In this document: positions 1-8,031 of the stretch, one piece after another
Numbering within the stretch: position 1 is the first letter of the stretch
Layout of the letters: every line of letters begins with the position of its first letter
NCBI GenBank assembly: GCA_045106415.1
Contig: JBGCEP010000067.1
Coordinates: 1 to 48,367, forward strand
Reading direction: 5' to 3'
DNA from: Oligoflexales bacterium
Lineage (GTDB): Bacteria > Bdellovibrionota_B > Oligoflexia > Oligoflexales > Bog-1112
DNA length: 48,367 nucleotides
Notes under the pieces: model-generated
What the model was told of the DNA's origin: nothing
Seen by the model: only the letters and a program-made list of their open reading frames with translations
Databases searched by the model: none
Position numbers and translations under genes: made by a program

Positions 1-419
1 CCAAAGCGTAGGAGGCGGTCTTTATGTGTCATCGTAAGAGATTCGACTTTTCCATTGAGGAGCAGTTTTAAAAGCTTATTTAAGCCTTTTTTCTTATGGT
101 TCATGCCAGACCCTAAGTCCGAAATCACCTCAAAACTAGAATCTGAAGAAGAAGCTAAATGCTGAGAAAGCCTCTGAGCTTGGCGTTGTAAATCCATTCG
201 TTGATCTGAGGACGACACCCGAGCGTATCCGAGTCGAACGCGATCTTTTTTAAGAACGGGCCGACCCATAAATGACATCAGTTGTTCCCATGTGTAACGA
301 CGGTGACCACCAGGAGTGCCATAGCCTGGCATCAATGTTTGTGAACGATCCCAACGTCGTAAAGTTGAAATAGAAACACCCAGCACAAGTGCTGCTTCAC
401 CTATTGAAACACATGTCAT
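1..419 (-). CDS. tnpA: IS607-family transposase TnpA (MerR-like HTH plus serine recombinase), 3' end truncated by the window edge
   Basis: Manual translation from ATG 419 (GAGG RBS 5 nt upstream) gives MTCVSIGEAALVLGVSISTLRRWDRSQTLMPGYGTPGGHRRY...LGYARVSSSDQRMDLQRQ...VISDLGSGMNHKKKGLNKLL...THKDRLLRFG. The N-terminal HTH, the catalytic YARVSS, DLGSG and DRLLRFG are hallmark IS607 TnpA motifs. The frame is open to position 1. Confidence 0.95.
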   Translation of the reverse strand, partial: MTCVSIGEAALVLGVSISTLRRWDRSQTLMPGYGTPGGHRRYTWEQLMSFMGRPVLKKDRVRLGYARVSSSDQRMDLQRQAQRLSQHLASSSDSSFEVISDLGSGMNHKKKGLNKLLKLLLNGKVESLTMTHKDRLLRF

Positions 420-448
420 GACAGCCTCAGTCATTGTTTCCCGAGAAT

Positions 449-477
449 TTTATACTCCTACTTATTAGTGAGATCAA
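449..477 (-). promoter_or_regulatory. sigma70-type promoter of tnpA
   Basis: Minus strand TTGATC (477-472), 17 nt spacer, TATAAA (454-449), about 30 nt upstream of the tnpA start. Confidence 0.6.
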
Positions 478-586
478 CAGAAATGATTAGGTTTTTAGTC
501 AACTGCTGCAGCCCAGCCGCACTTTTAAATATTGTTAAAACATAAGATTTTTAAATACGTCAGATATTCATATGATCATTAAATTG

Positions 587-1093
587 TTAGCTATTTTGTC
601 CATGAGTCTGAAGATCAACTTTATGAGAGTAGTTCCCATCTAAAACCTTGCGATATAAATCTCGAAACTCCTCAGTCGCTAAATATCCTGGACCCATGAG
701 TAAGACATACCGAAAAATGACCCTTAATCCATCGACGAGGTCATCATCATTGGCATCTATTTGCTTCAAACAATCATTAAAAACTGCTCGTTGAGTATCT
801 CCAATTTCAGTTTGATCTCGCTCCATGCAATAGGACACAACCAAGGAGCTCCCACACTGACAGTTTCTAAAGTCAAAAGCCTTACCGGGGGCGACTTGAT
901 ATAAGCGATAATTAATAGGATTTGTTTGATCAATATATTCTTTTAAATTATGAAACACAGTATTGCAGCAGCGACACATTTTTGGAAATTGACCCGAGAA
1001 CGGTCGTATACCTGTTTCACTCTCGGATCTTTTATCGACCAAAGTCGCCAAGCCTTCAATGTCTTTAATAAGGCTCCGCTTATCGTGTTCCAT
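587..1093 (-). CDS. Hypothetical protein with FPKxCxCC...RNCxCGS cysteine motifs (probable Zn/metal-binding)
   Basis: 168-aa ORF with GGGGAAG RBS and paired Cys motifs (CRCC; CQC) resembling a zinc ribbon. Confidence 0.75.
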   Translation of the reverse strand: MEHDKRSLIKDIEGLATLVDKRSESETGIRPFSGQFPKMCRCCNTVFHNLKEYIDQTNPINYRLYQVAPGKAFDFRNCQCGSSLVVSYCMERDQTEIGDTQRAVFNDCLKQIDANDDDLVDGLRVIFRYVLLMGPGYLATEEFRDLYRKVLDGNYSHKVDLQTHGQNS

Positions 1094-1121
1094 ACTTCCC
1101 CCAAATCACCCTGCACATATC

Positions 1122-1148
1122 CTATCGGATCAGTCATCACAATCTTTA
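1122..1148 (-). promoter_or_regulatory. sigma28 (FliA)-type promoter
   Basis: Minus strand TAAA(G)-N15-TCCGATAG matches the TAAA-N15-GCCGATAA consensus, about 30 nt upstream of the ATG at 1093. Confidence 0.75.
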
Positions 1149-1194
1149 GAATTATTTATAAATAAAAAAAAAAACAAAATTTTAAGCTATTTAA

Positions 1195-1683
1195 TTACAA
1201 AATCTTTTTACAGCGCTGATACGTCTTCCACCCCCAAGAAAGCCCTTTTTCTTCTTCATTGATTCCTTCATCTATGATTTTCCACTTCGAAGCATCCCAC
1301 TGTGGAAACCATGTATCAGCATCACCGTCATAATGAATTGTTGTCATTTCAATTGTTTGAGCCAAATTAAACGCTGATTGATACACTTGTGCGCCACCTG
1401 CAAAAAACAATCGCGTCTCCCCACGTGAGCGAGCCATCTCAATTGCGGCATTTGGACTTTCGACCCAATCACAATCTCCCGTAACTTTTTTACGACTCAT
1501 GACCATAACGTGGCGACCTGGTAAGGGGGGGAGCGTTTCCCACGTTTTTCGCCCAACAACAAGATGATGCCCCATGGTCATCTTCTTAAATCTCTTCAAA
1601 TCTCCTTTAACAGACCATGGCAAACCTTGATCCAGACCAAGTTGCCCTGACAACCCAACCGCAACAATAAGAGAAATATCCAT
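1195..1683 (-). CDS. folA: Dihydrofolate reductase
   Basis: ISLIVAV...G...LPW...DLKRFKKMT.GH..V.GRKTWETL..LPGR...GGAQVY...DADTWFP DHFR signature. Confidence 0.95.
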   Translation of the reverse strand: MDISLIVAVGLSGQLGLDQGLPWSVKGDLKRFKKMTMGHHLVVGRKTWETLPPLPGRHVMVMSRKKVTGDCDWVESPNAAIEMARSRGETRLFFAGGAQVYQSAFNLAQTIEMTTIHYDGDADTWFPQWDASKWKIIDEGINEEEKGLSWGWKTYQRCKKIL

Positions 1684-1902
1684 TTTATAACCTTTCTATT
1701 GAAAAAACTTATAAACCTTCTTTTCGTGTTTCTATGCATTAATTTTAGAACACAGCAAGAATAGCTCTAAAACTCAAAGTATCTTTCTCCGAAAAGAAGC
1801 TATACTTTTGATTGACATCAATTTCGAGTTCGTCAATCATTTGTGAACCCTTTCCCACAGGAGAGGAAAGTGATCATTTAACCTCCCCATCAAGGAGATC
1901 AT

Positions 1903-2247
1903 ATGTTCGGCATTGGATTCATGGAATTATGCCTTATTGCAGTTGTTGCCCTTGTCTTTGTAGGGCCAACAAAGCTTCCCGAGCTCATGAAACAGGTCAG
2001 TCGAGTTTTTGTACAGATGAGACAAATGTCAACTGAGGTCCGCGGCACAGTCAACCAAGCGCTAGCTGATGCAGAACGCGAGCTACAAACCGAACAAGCT
2101 ACAAAGCAAATCCAAGATATTTTATCTGCCCCCCTAGGCACAGAGTCTCAGGAGGACAGCATCACAGATGTTCAAACGACAGACATTCATAGTGAAGAGA
2201 ACAAAAATTCTTCAGAGCCTGCACCTTCTACAACTAAGAGCTTTTAA
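1903..2247 (+). CDS. tatB: Sec-independent translocase subunit TatB (TatA/B family)
   Basis: MFGIGFMEL.LIAVVALVFVGPTKLPEL N-terminal TM plus GP hinge and amphipathic helix; AAGGAG RBS. Confidence 0.88.
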   Translation: MFGIGFMELCLIAVVALVFVGPTKLPELMKQVSRVFVQMRQMSTEVRGTVNQALADAERELQTEQATKQIQDILSAPLGTESQEDSITDVQTTDIHSEENKNSSEPAPSTTKSF

Positions 2248-2818
2248 AAGATCGTACTTTTTTCATCAAGCCCTTAATCACATTTTCACCTAAATGAGCC
2301 CATGGTGGCATTGTTGGCTTTAATCCAACAGCAGCTCCACCTTTCGTAATCACTTCGATAATACGATCATCATTTGTAGAGTCTTGCCATGCAACATCTG
2401 TAAAGTTTCTGGCCCCCATGCCAGCCACACCTTTGCCATCTTCTCCATGGCACATCTGGCAATTCGTTTGATACGCCGTTGCGATTTCCGCTGGAATTCC
2501 ATCACTCCCAGCTCCCCCAGATGGTTGGCCTGTTTTAGGGTCCATTTTCGGCTTCACATCAAGCTCACCTGCAAGCAACCGAATCGGAGGCATATGCTCA
2601 CGTGTGGCAGACACAATAGAGACATCTTTATGCTTCATAGGTTCCAGCATATCGGGAAGCACACCACCAGCTTTAAGCTTTGGCATGACACGATGAGCAA
2701 TGTGCCTTTCTGCTTTCCATTGAGCCCAATACGGACGTGGATTGTATTGATCTATGCAACCTACCATAAGAGCAGATAACCCGACCGATTGAACACCTAG
2801 CTTCCATCTCTTACTCAT
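2234..2818 (-). CDS. Lipoprotein monoheme c-type cytochrome
   Basis: Start reassigned to ATG 2818 (GGAGGAG RBS); lipobox LMVG-C; single CQMCH heme motif and distal TMPPW Met ligand. Confidence 0.85.
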   Translation of the reverse strand: MSKRWKLGVQSVGLSALMVGCIDQYNPRPYWAQWKAERHIAHRVMPKLKAGGVLPDMLEPMKHKDVSIVSATREHMPPIRLLAGELDVKPKMDPKTGQPSGGAGSDGIPAEIATAYQTNCQMCHGEDGKGVAGMGARNFTDVAWQDSTNDDRIIEVITKGGAAVGLKPTMPPWAHLGENVIKGLMKKVRSFKSS

Positions 2819-3335
2819 GATGCACTCCTCCACGTAAACTGTCAGCATCAACACTTGCCACTGACCCTATCAAAGCCGTTTGGCATAAAACCAAGAAAAA
2901 TCAAAAAAGAACACAAACATGAAGACATGCCATTTAATTTTCGGTTGCAACAGCCTCGTAAAAAATTATGAGACATCCAGCACACTTCTATTTTACGTTT
3001 CTGCATTCAGCCTATGACACCTACAAACGTTCTTTTCTCGAAATCATGCGAAGGATATTCTATACATTTTTTCCTTCTCACATAATATTGAGTATATCTT
3101 GAAAAAGATAACTCTTAAAAGGTAGAACTATCCGCCTATGATTCATCGGTACCATACCACACTGCATCCGTTGTCTTGAAGTTACTTAAATCCACACAAG
3201 TCGATTTAAAATTAAATTTTTTCTTCACCCAAGATAAGTTTGGTATATGTCAAAATAATTTTTCTAAAAAACACACGTTCTAACACCTATTTCTCCTAGC
3301 TATCTCCAACCAAGGTCATAGAAAAGCCGCACTCT

Positions 3336-4628
3336 TTATTGACTGATATCTGCCCACCTCCAAGAAAGTCTTGCATTAAAAGCATCTCTCGTGTCTGAAG
3401 CGTGTCGACCATCTGCATACCAAGCCATGTCGTACATATCTCCATAGGATTGTCGGCTATATTCAACTGTTAATGATAAATCTTCAGCTAAATCCACGCC
3501 ACCGCCTACAGCTAATGACATTTCATCAATCGATCTCACAGAACTTGGATGAACACACGTTTGACCATCAAAACTTTCACACTTTGAGAAAAAATCAACA
3601 TCACCTGTATCGAGTGTCCGCCCTCCATAATCAAACCCAACAAACCAGTCATCAAAAAACTCATAAGATGCATTCAGCGTCGTCGTTAATTTTTGCATAC
3701 GATTTGCAAATTGATTCGAACGATCCTCAACAAATAATAGCGAAGGCTCTACGCTATGACAGCCCAAAGAGTGATAGTCAGCAGAAAAATTACTCTCTTT
3801 ATCCAAATCACTATGAATCACTCTATGAACTCCGAGTGTAACTTTTAATCCTGGAAGAAGAGTTTTACCTAAAAAAAGTAAACTTGCAGCTGCTCGCTGA
3901 GTTGAATACCCATTTTTCACACCCTGAGTTAATGCAGCTTGTTGTGAACAGCCTAATCCAGCCTTTTCAACCTGCCAAGATGCAGAATAAGATCCAATAT
4001 GATTTCCATCTTGAGAAACCCCTAATGATGCTACAACACCAGGAAAAACTGCTAATTTTGCTTGAAAACCAAGGTACTGTTGCGGATCTAGATTGACACC
4101 ATTCTCTCCCTCACCATTACCAGCAACAAACGAGACTTTCATTCCATCCAATGTTGACAAATTATACATCAAACTCAGAGCTGTTTGATTCCATCCATTT
4201 TCAATCAGAGTTTGAGCCATCGAAAGACCACTCACTGAAGGAATCACAGCAACTCCACCGTGGCTCCCTAAAAGCATTTCAAAATTATTACGTGGGGACC
4301 AGGAAAGCTTATATTCATCAACGAGTAATAAAGGAGTTTGCGATATTGCGGGCCTCCATTGTCCTGAGGGCAGATGAGCACGACTCTGTGATGCTGACCC
4401 AAAAGGATCGAGGACAAGGCGACCTACGACACCATCTTTTCTTTCAGATTCAAGCTCCATCCTCAATCCAGAGACATCTGCACAAGGCTGATTTCCTTCT
4501 CGACCTTGTTCGTCTTCGAATAAATGCTGGCAATCTACACGAAGCGCTGGCGCCTCAAAAGCGAAAAGTGGCAAACAAAAAACAACTGCTAAAGCACAGG
4601 TGAATAACTGGGTGAATCGAGATTCCAT
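3336..4628 (-). CDS. Putative outer-membrane beta-barrel/porin-like protein
   Basis: Signal peptide (LFA|FE), alternating hydrophobic beta-strand pattern, C-terminal FNARLSWRW strand, several Cys that could form loop disulfides. Confidence 0.65.
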   Translation of the reverse strand: MESRFTQLFTCALAVVFCLPLFAFEAPALRVDCQHLFEDEQGREGNQPCADVSGLRMELESERKDGVVGRLVLDPFGSASQSRAHLPSGQWRPAISQTPLLLVDEYKLSWSPRNNFEMLLGSHGGVAVIPSVSGLSMAQTLIENGWNQTALSLMYNLSTLDGMKVSFVAGNGEGENGVNLDPQQYLGFQAKLAVFPGVVASLGVSQDGNHIGSYSASWQVEKAGLGCSQQAALTQGVKNGYSTQRAAASLLFLGKTLLPGLKVTLGVHRVIHSDLDKESNFSADYHSLGCHSVEPSLLFVEDRSNQFANRMQKLTTTLNASYEFFDDWFVGFDYGGRTLDTGDVDFFSKCESFDGQTCVHPSSVRSIDEMSLAVGGGVDLAEDLSLTVEYSRQSYGDMYDMAWYADGRHASDTRDAFNARLSWRWADISQ

Positions 4629-5701
4629 CGGATTTGTACTCCCATACGTCTAATCAATTGACGTTGGCCGTACTCATCTTGATTACGAGACTCTTGTGTC
4701 AGCATTGGATCTAACTCCAAACCATCCGCCAGAACCATCCGCAAGCCTACATTCACCTGATAACCAGAGATTGAAGAGGTCTGCCAACGATCACTTTCTC
4801 CCCATAAAAAAGAAGAATGAAGGCGATAATTTTGATCCACATCCCACCACGCCCCGATAAGGACGCTTTTTTGAAGAACTTGGGATCCATCAATTCGAAA
4901 GTTCTCGCGCGCAAACCTCACATCCAAACTTCCTTGGATGTGCTCCCAGGTCGGGGTGATAAGACCTAAATACGCATAAGTCTCTTCAACAAAGCTCGAC
5001 ACTGACTCTTCTTGGTCAAGGCTATCAATGCTTTGCGAATTCCACCCTTGAACAGATGTTAGAGTCCAACCAGAATGGAAGGTGAACCCCTCAGAAACAG
5101 CCATTCCCCAATGAGCATCGTTCATTCTAGGGGCTGTATCAATTCTCTGTTCTAAGCGCTCAATATTTTCTCCTCGATCATTTCGACCAGCAAGAGACCG
5201 TAGCTGAAACTGCCAACGGCCATACCCTTCGATTATACCATCCCAATAAATCTTCCCTCCAGAAAAGAAGCGAGGAAAATGAACTAATAAGCCATGCTCT
5301 AACATCTCAGTAGATTGCCAAGAAGCTTCAACTAGAGAATCCCATACGCCATATGCCAAATGCGCATGCCTCCCCAAATACCATTTCAAAAAATATTCAT
5401 TCATAAGCTCAGGTTTTCTGGATTCACGATACACTAAGCCAGCTCTCGAATCCCACACCTGCTCACGTAACACCGCATCTGGGCGTAAAGCGACATCAAT
5501 CGCCCATAAATCGAGACGTTCTAAATGCAACCCAACTTCAAACTTAGTCAAACCAAGGGTTCGAAAATCTAAACTATAATCCTCAGAAGGCCTCTGCAGT
5601 TGATCAACCCAGCTCCAATGACCAGAAGCTCGAGGCGCCCACAATACAGATCCAGACAGGGATGAAGAATAAAAAAGAAAAAAGCATAGAATGCGGTGCA
5701 T
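4589..5701 (-). CDS. Putative outer-membrane beta-barrel/porin-like protein, distant paralog of the downstream gene
   Basis: Signal peptide; aromatic-rich amphipathic strands; near-terminal MGVQIRW strand; overlaps the next gene by 40 nt. Confidence 0.6.
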   Translation of the reverse strand: MHRILCFFLFYSSSLSGSVLWAPRASGHWSWVDQLQRPSEDYSLDFRTLGLTKFEVGLHLERLDLWAIDVALRPDAVLREQVWDSRAGLVYRESRKPELMNEYFLKWYLGRHAHLAYGVWDSLVEASWQSTEMLEHGLLVHFPRFFSGGKIYWDGIIEGYGRWQFQLRSLAGRNDRGENIERLEQRIDTAPRMNDAHWGMAVSEGFTFHSGWTLTSVQGWNSQSIDSLDQEESVSSFVEETYAYLGLITPTWEHIQGSLDVRFARENFRIDGSQVLQKSVLIGAWWDVDQNYRLHSSFLWGESDRWQTSSISGYQVNVGLRMVLADGLELDPMLTQESRNQDEYGQRQLIRRMGVQIRWNLDSPSYSPVL

Positions 5702-5779
5702 ATAAGGCTCCGTTTTTAGGTCATCATATGTTGTCTATCAAAAAATAGAAACTGCCTGAAGAGCCAGAAAACAAGTTCT

Positions 5780-5836
5780 GACAAAAACATGACACAAGCG
5801 TCAAACACTCGACATCTGTGATGTCAGTCTTTTGTC
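5780..5836. promoter_or_regulatory. Putative enhancer-binding-protein (FleQ/FlrA-like) sites
   Basis: Three 14-bp imperfect GTCA-N6-TGAC-type boxes: GACAAAAACATGAC (5780-93), GTCAAACACTCGAC (5800-13), GTCAGTCTTTTGTC (5823-36), upstream of the sigma54 promoter. Confidence 0.5.
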
Positions 5837-5876
5837 GCACTCAAAAAAAATCTCTTTGCTCTCCTATAAAAAAAGT

Positions 5877-5891
5877 TGGCATCGTTTTTGC
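5877..5891 (+). promoter_or_regulatory. sigma54 (-24/-12) promoter of the flagellar operon
   Basis: TGGCATCGTTTTTGC = GG-N10-GC, close to consensus TGGCAC-N5-TTGC, 35 nt upstream of the fliL ATG. Confidence 0.85.
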
Positions 5892-5925
5892 GTATACGAA
5901 AGCAGAAGCAACAGGAGATGTCTTT

Positions 5926-6537
5926 ATGGCAGATGAAGCAGCACAAGAAGAGAATGCCGAAGAAGAAAATGCGGGTGGCGCGGGCAAGAAAAAAATGATC
6001 ATGATTGTTGCTGGCCTGGTTGTTCTTCTGCTTGTCGGGGGCGGAGGCGCTTTCTTTTTCTTAGCTGGCGCAGATGAAGAAGAAAATGAAGAAACAGCGA
6101 GCCAAGCAGCAGATGCCACCGGTGAAAGCGCAGAGGGAGAAGGCCCATCAGAAGATGGCGCTGAAAGCGCTGATGAAGACGGCAATGGCAGCGGTGGTGG
6201 TATCGTTAAAATCGCTGCACCGGAAAAAGAAAAATTTGGCTCAACTTACAAACTAAAACCATTTCATTTAAACCTTGGAAACCCACTTGAAAATCGACAA
6301 ATCATGATCGAAATTTCAATTCAATATCGCGGCGACACTGAACAAAAAGAAGACTTAGAAAGCCGGGATGCTCAACTCAGGGATGCTGTTATCAGCATAG
6401 TTTCAAGAAAAACGAGAGATTTTCTACTAGGGCCTGACGGTAAAGATCAGTTGAGATTAGAAATTTTAACTCGCCTGAATCAATACCTCGATCAGCCCAT
6501 CGAGCAAGTTTATATCACTGACATCATGATTGAGTAA
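5926..6537 (+). CDS. fliL: Flagellar basal body-associated protein FliL
   Basis: Start reassigned to ATG 5926 (AGGAG RBS); KKK-TM-GGGG N-terminus, acidic linker, PFHLNL...LRDAVI..VS.KT...LL..DGK..LR.EI..RLN...VYITDIMIE. Confidence 0.93.
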   Translation: MADEAAQEENAEEENAGGAGKKKMIMIVAGLVVLLLVGGGGAFFFLAGADEEENEETASQAADATGESAEGEGPSEDGAESADEDGNGSGGGIVKIAAPEKEKFGSTYKLKPFHLNLGNPLENRQIMIEISIQYRGDTEQKEDLESRDAQLRDAVISIVSRKTRDFLLGPDGKDQLRLEILTRLNQYLDQPIEQVYITDIMIE

Positions 6538-6548
6538 CGAGGAAAGCT

Positions 6549-6977
6549 ATGAGTGGAGACTCAATGGGGCCTGATGACTTCGGTCTAGGCGCAGATTTCG
6601 ACCAAGCACTTGCAGATGCGACTTCTGAAGGAGGTGGCGCTGAAGGCGAAGAAGGTAGTGGCGGCGGCGGTGGCGGGCTGGCTGAAGGCCAACTCGGACG
6701 CACTGACTTCTCAAAGCTCAAAATGATCCTCGACGTACCGTTAAAAGTCAGCGTCGAACTGGGTCGAACAAAAATGCTAGTGAATGACCTTTTGCAGTTA
6801 GGCCAAGGGTCAGTTATCGAACTTGATAAAATTGCCGGTGAACCAATGGAGATTCTCATCAATGAAAAGCTTGTTGCAATGGGTGAAGTTGTTGTCGTTA
6901 ACGAAAAATTCGGTGTCCGTCTCACAGATGTTGTTTCTCAGTTTGGTTTGGGTGACTTGGACAAACAACTCCCTTAA
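6549..6977 (+). CDS. fliN: Flagellar motor switch protein FliN
   Basis: ILDVPLKVSVELGRTKM....LLQLGQGSVIELDK.AGEP.EILIN.KLVA.GEVVVVNEKFGVRLT SpoA domain. Confidence 0.96.
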   Translation: MSGDSMGPDDFGLGADFDQALADATSEGGGAEGEEGSGGGGGGLAEGQLGRTDFSKLKMILDVPLKVSVELGRTKMLVNDLLQLGQGSVIELDKIAGEPMEILINEKLVAMGEVVVVNEKFGVRLTDVVSQFGLGDLDKQLP

Positions 6978-8031
6978 CGCAGAACCACAAAAACAAAAAA
7001 CTGCTATAGCAAAAGTCACTGAAAATCAGCTTGAAGAAAGTGTGATAGAAAGTCGTACTTTGTACACACTCCAAAAAATATTCGACAAATCTACAGAAGA
7101 TCACTTTATGATTTCTTTAAAGCTTGATCAACCTGCCCCATGGACATCGCTCAATCTTGAAAATCATGGCTCTTTTCTACAGCTCCGTTTACCTGACAGC
7201 ATGACTATGAACCCTGGTCAATTTCAAGACATACAAGGCCCTTACATCAGTAAAATAGCAACATTCCAACCAGATCCTGCAACTATTATCGTTCGATTTT
7301 TCCTTCGGCCACATCAATCAAATGCAGATGAGATTGCAAAAGCAACTTCTGTAGAAGTTCTAGGTGAGCATATTATCGTTTCAACAGAAATGACTCCTGA
7401 ACCAAAAAAGATTGCTGCGATACCAATTCCAAAATTAGACACCATACCACCTATACAAACACCTGCTCAGAAAATCATCCACTCAGAACCAAAAAGTAAA
7501 AAAGCAAATATAGTAGAAGCTCTCAGTCGTAAGGTTGCGATAGGTATTTTTCTTGTTATGCTTTTATTTACTCTTTTCACAGCAGGTCATAAATTTTTTC
7601 GAAAGAAAAGTAACAGCGGGTCAAATCTTCCAGCCCAAATGCAAATTTTAAACTCTATTAATCTTTCTTCAAAACAAAAATTGACCCTGGTTCAAGTACA
7701 AGATCAAAAAATCTTAATTTCAGTATCAAATGATGGAATACAGGTCATACCGGAATTTAAAGATGCTGTACAAAATTTTGGTAACGTCATGCATCAACCT
7801 CCAAAACGCCAAGCCATCCGTAACCCTGAAGCCCCTAGAAGAGAAACTCTTCAACCATCTCACGAAGAAAAAAAATTCAAACAATCACCCAGCCTTGATG
7901 AAATTCCAGAAAGTTTGAGTGATAACTCACTTCCTAAAACATCGAGTCCAGAGCACAGCCAAGAATCAGTTGACGATATAACAAAACTTATTCGTGAAAA
8001 ATTACGTCAGTATCCAGGTACGAGGGCATAA
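6928..8031 (+). CDS. fliO: FliO-family protein with an N-terminal periplasmic (AMIN-like) domain; start uncertain
   Basis: Located between fliN and fliP; TM followed by MQILNSINLSSKQKLTLVQVQDQKILISVSNDGIQVI (FliO core); putative signal peptide from ATG 6928 (SLNA|EP). Confidence 0.78.
   Translation: MLFLSLVWVTWTNNSLNAEPQKQKTAIAKVTENQLEESVIESRTLYTLQKIFDKSTEDHFMISLKLDQPAPWTSLNLENHGSFLQLRLPDSMTMNPGQFQDIQGPYISKIATFQPDPATIIVRFFLRPHQSNADEIAKATSVEVLGEHIIVSTEMTPEPKKIAAIPIPKLDTIPPIQTPAQKIIHSEPKSKKANIVEALSRKVAIGIFLVMLLFTLFTAGHKFFRKKSNSGSNLPAQMQILNSINLSSKQKLTLVQVQDQKILISVSNDGIQVIPEFKDAVQNFGNVMHQPPKRQAIRNPEAPRRETLQPSHEEKKFKQSPSLDEIPESLSDNSLPKTSSPEHSQESVDDITKLIREKLRQYPGTRA

Larger units (their letters stand above)
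1..514 (-). mobile_element. Left part of an IS607-family insertion sequence; left end approximate
   Basis: tnpA plus an upstream region with short CTAA-containing repeats (GACTAAAAA, CCTAATCAT, CACTAATAAG on the minus strand), ending at a GG(G) run at 512-514. IS607 elements have no terminal inverted repeats and recombine at a GG dinucleotide. The exact boundary is inferred. Confidence 0.65.

Noticed and set aside
1768..1795. Possible sigma28 promoter TAAA-N16-TCCGAAAA upstream of tatB
   Set aside because: Off-consensus spacing and -10 in an A-rich context; not distinguishable from chance.
2943..2955. GGTTGCAACAGCC, loosely similar to the putative IS607 end sequence near 501-514
   Set aside because: The match is too short, has no accompanying repeats, and lies on the wrong side to be the other end of this element.
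2848..3006. 52-codon Cys-rich minus-strand ORF (MQKRKIEVCW...GKC) upstream of the cytochrome c
   Set aside because: No convincing RBS or family motif, and the composition reflects T-rich intergenic sequence.
6631..6680. GGC/GGT trinucleotide-like repeats in fliN (also in the fliL linker)
   Set aside because: They encode Gly-rich linkers with mixed codons, so they are neither a contingency repeat nor a CRISPR.
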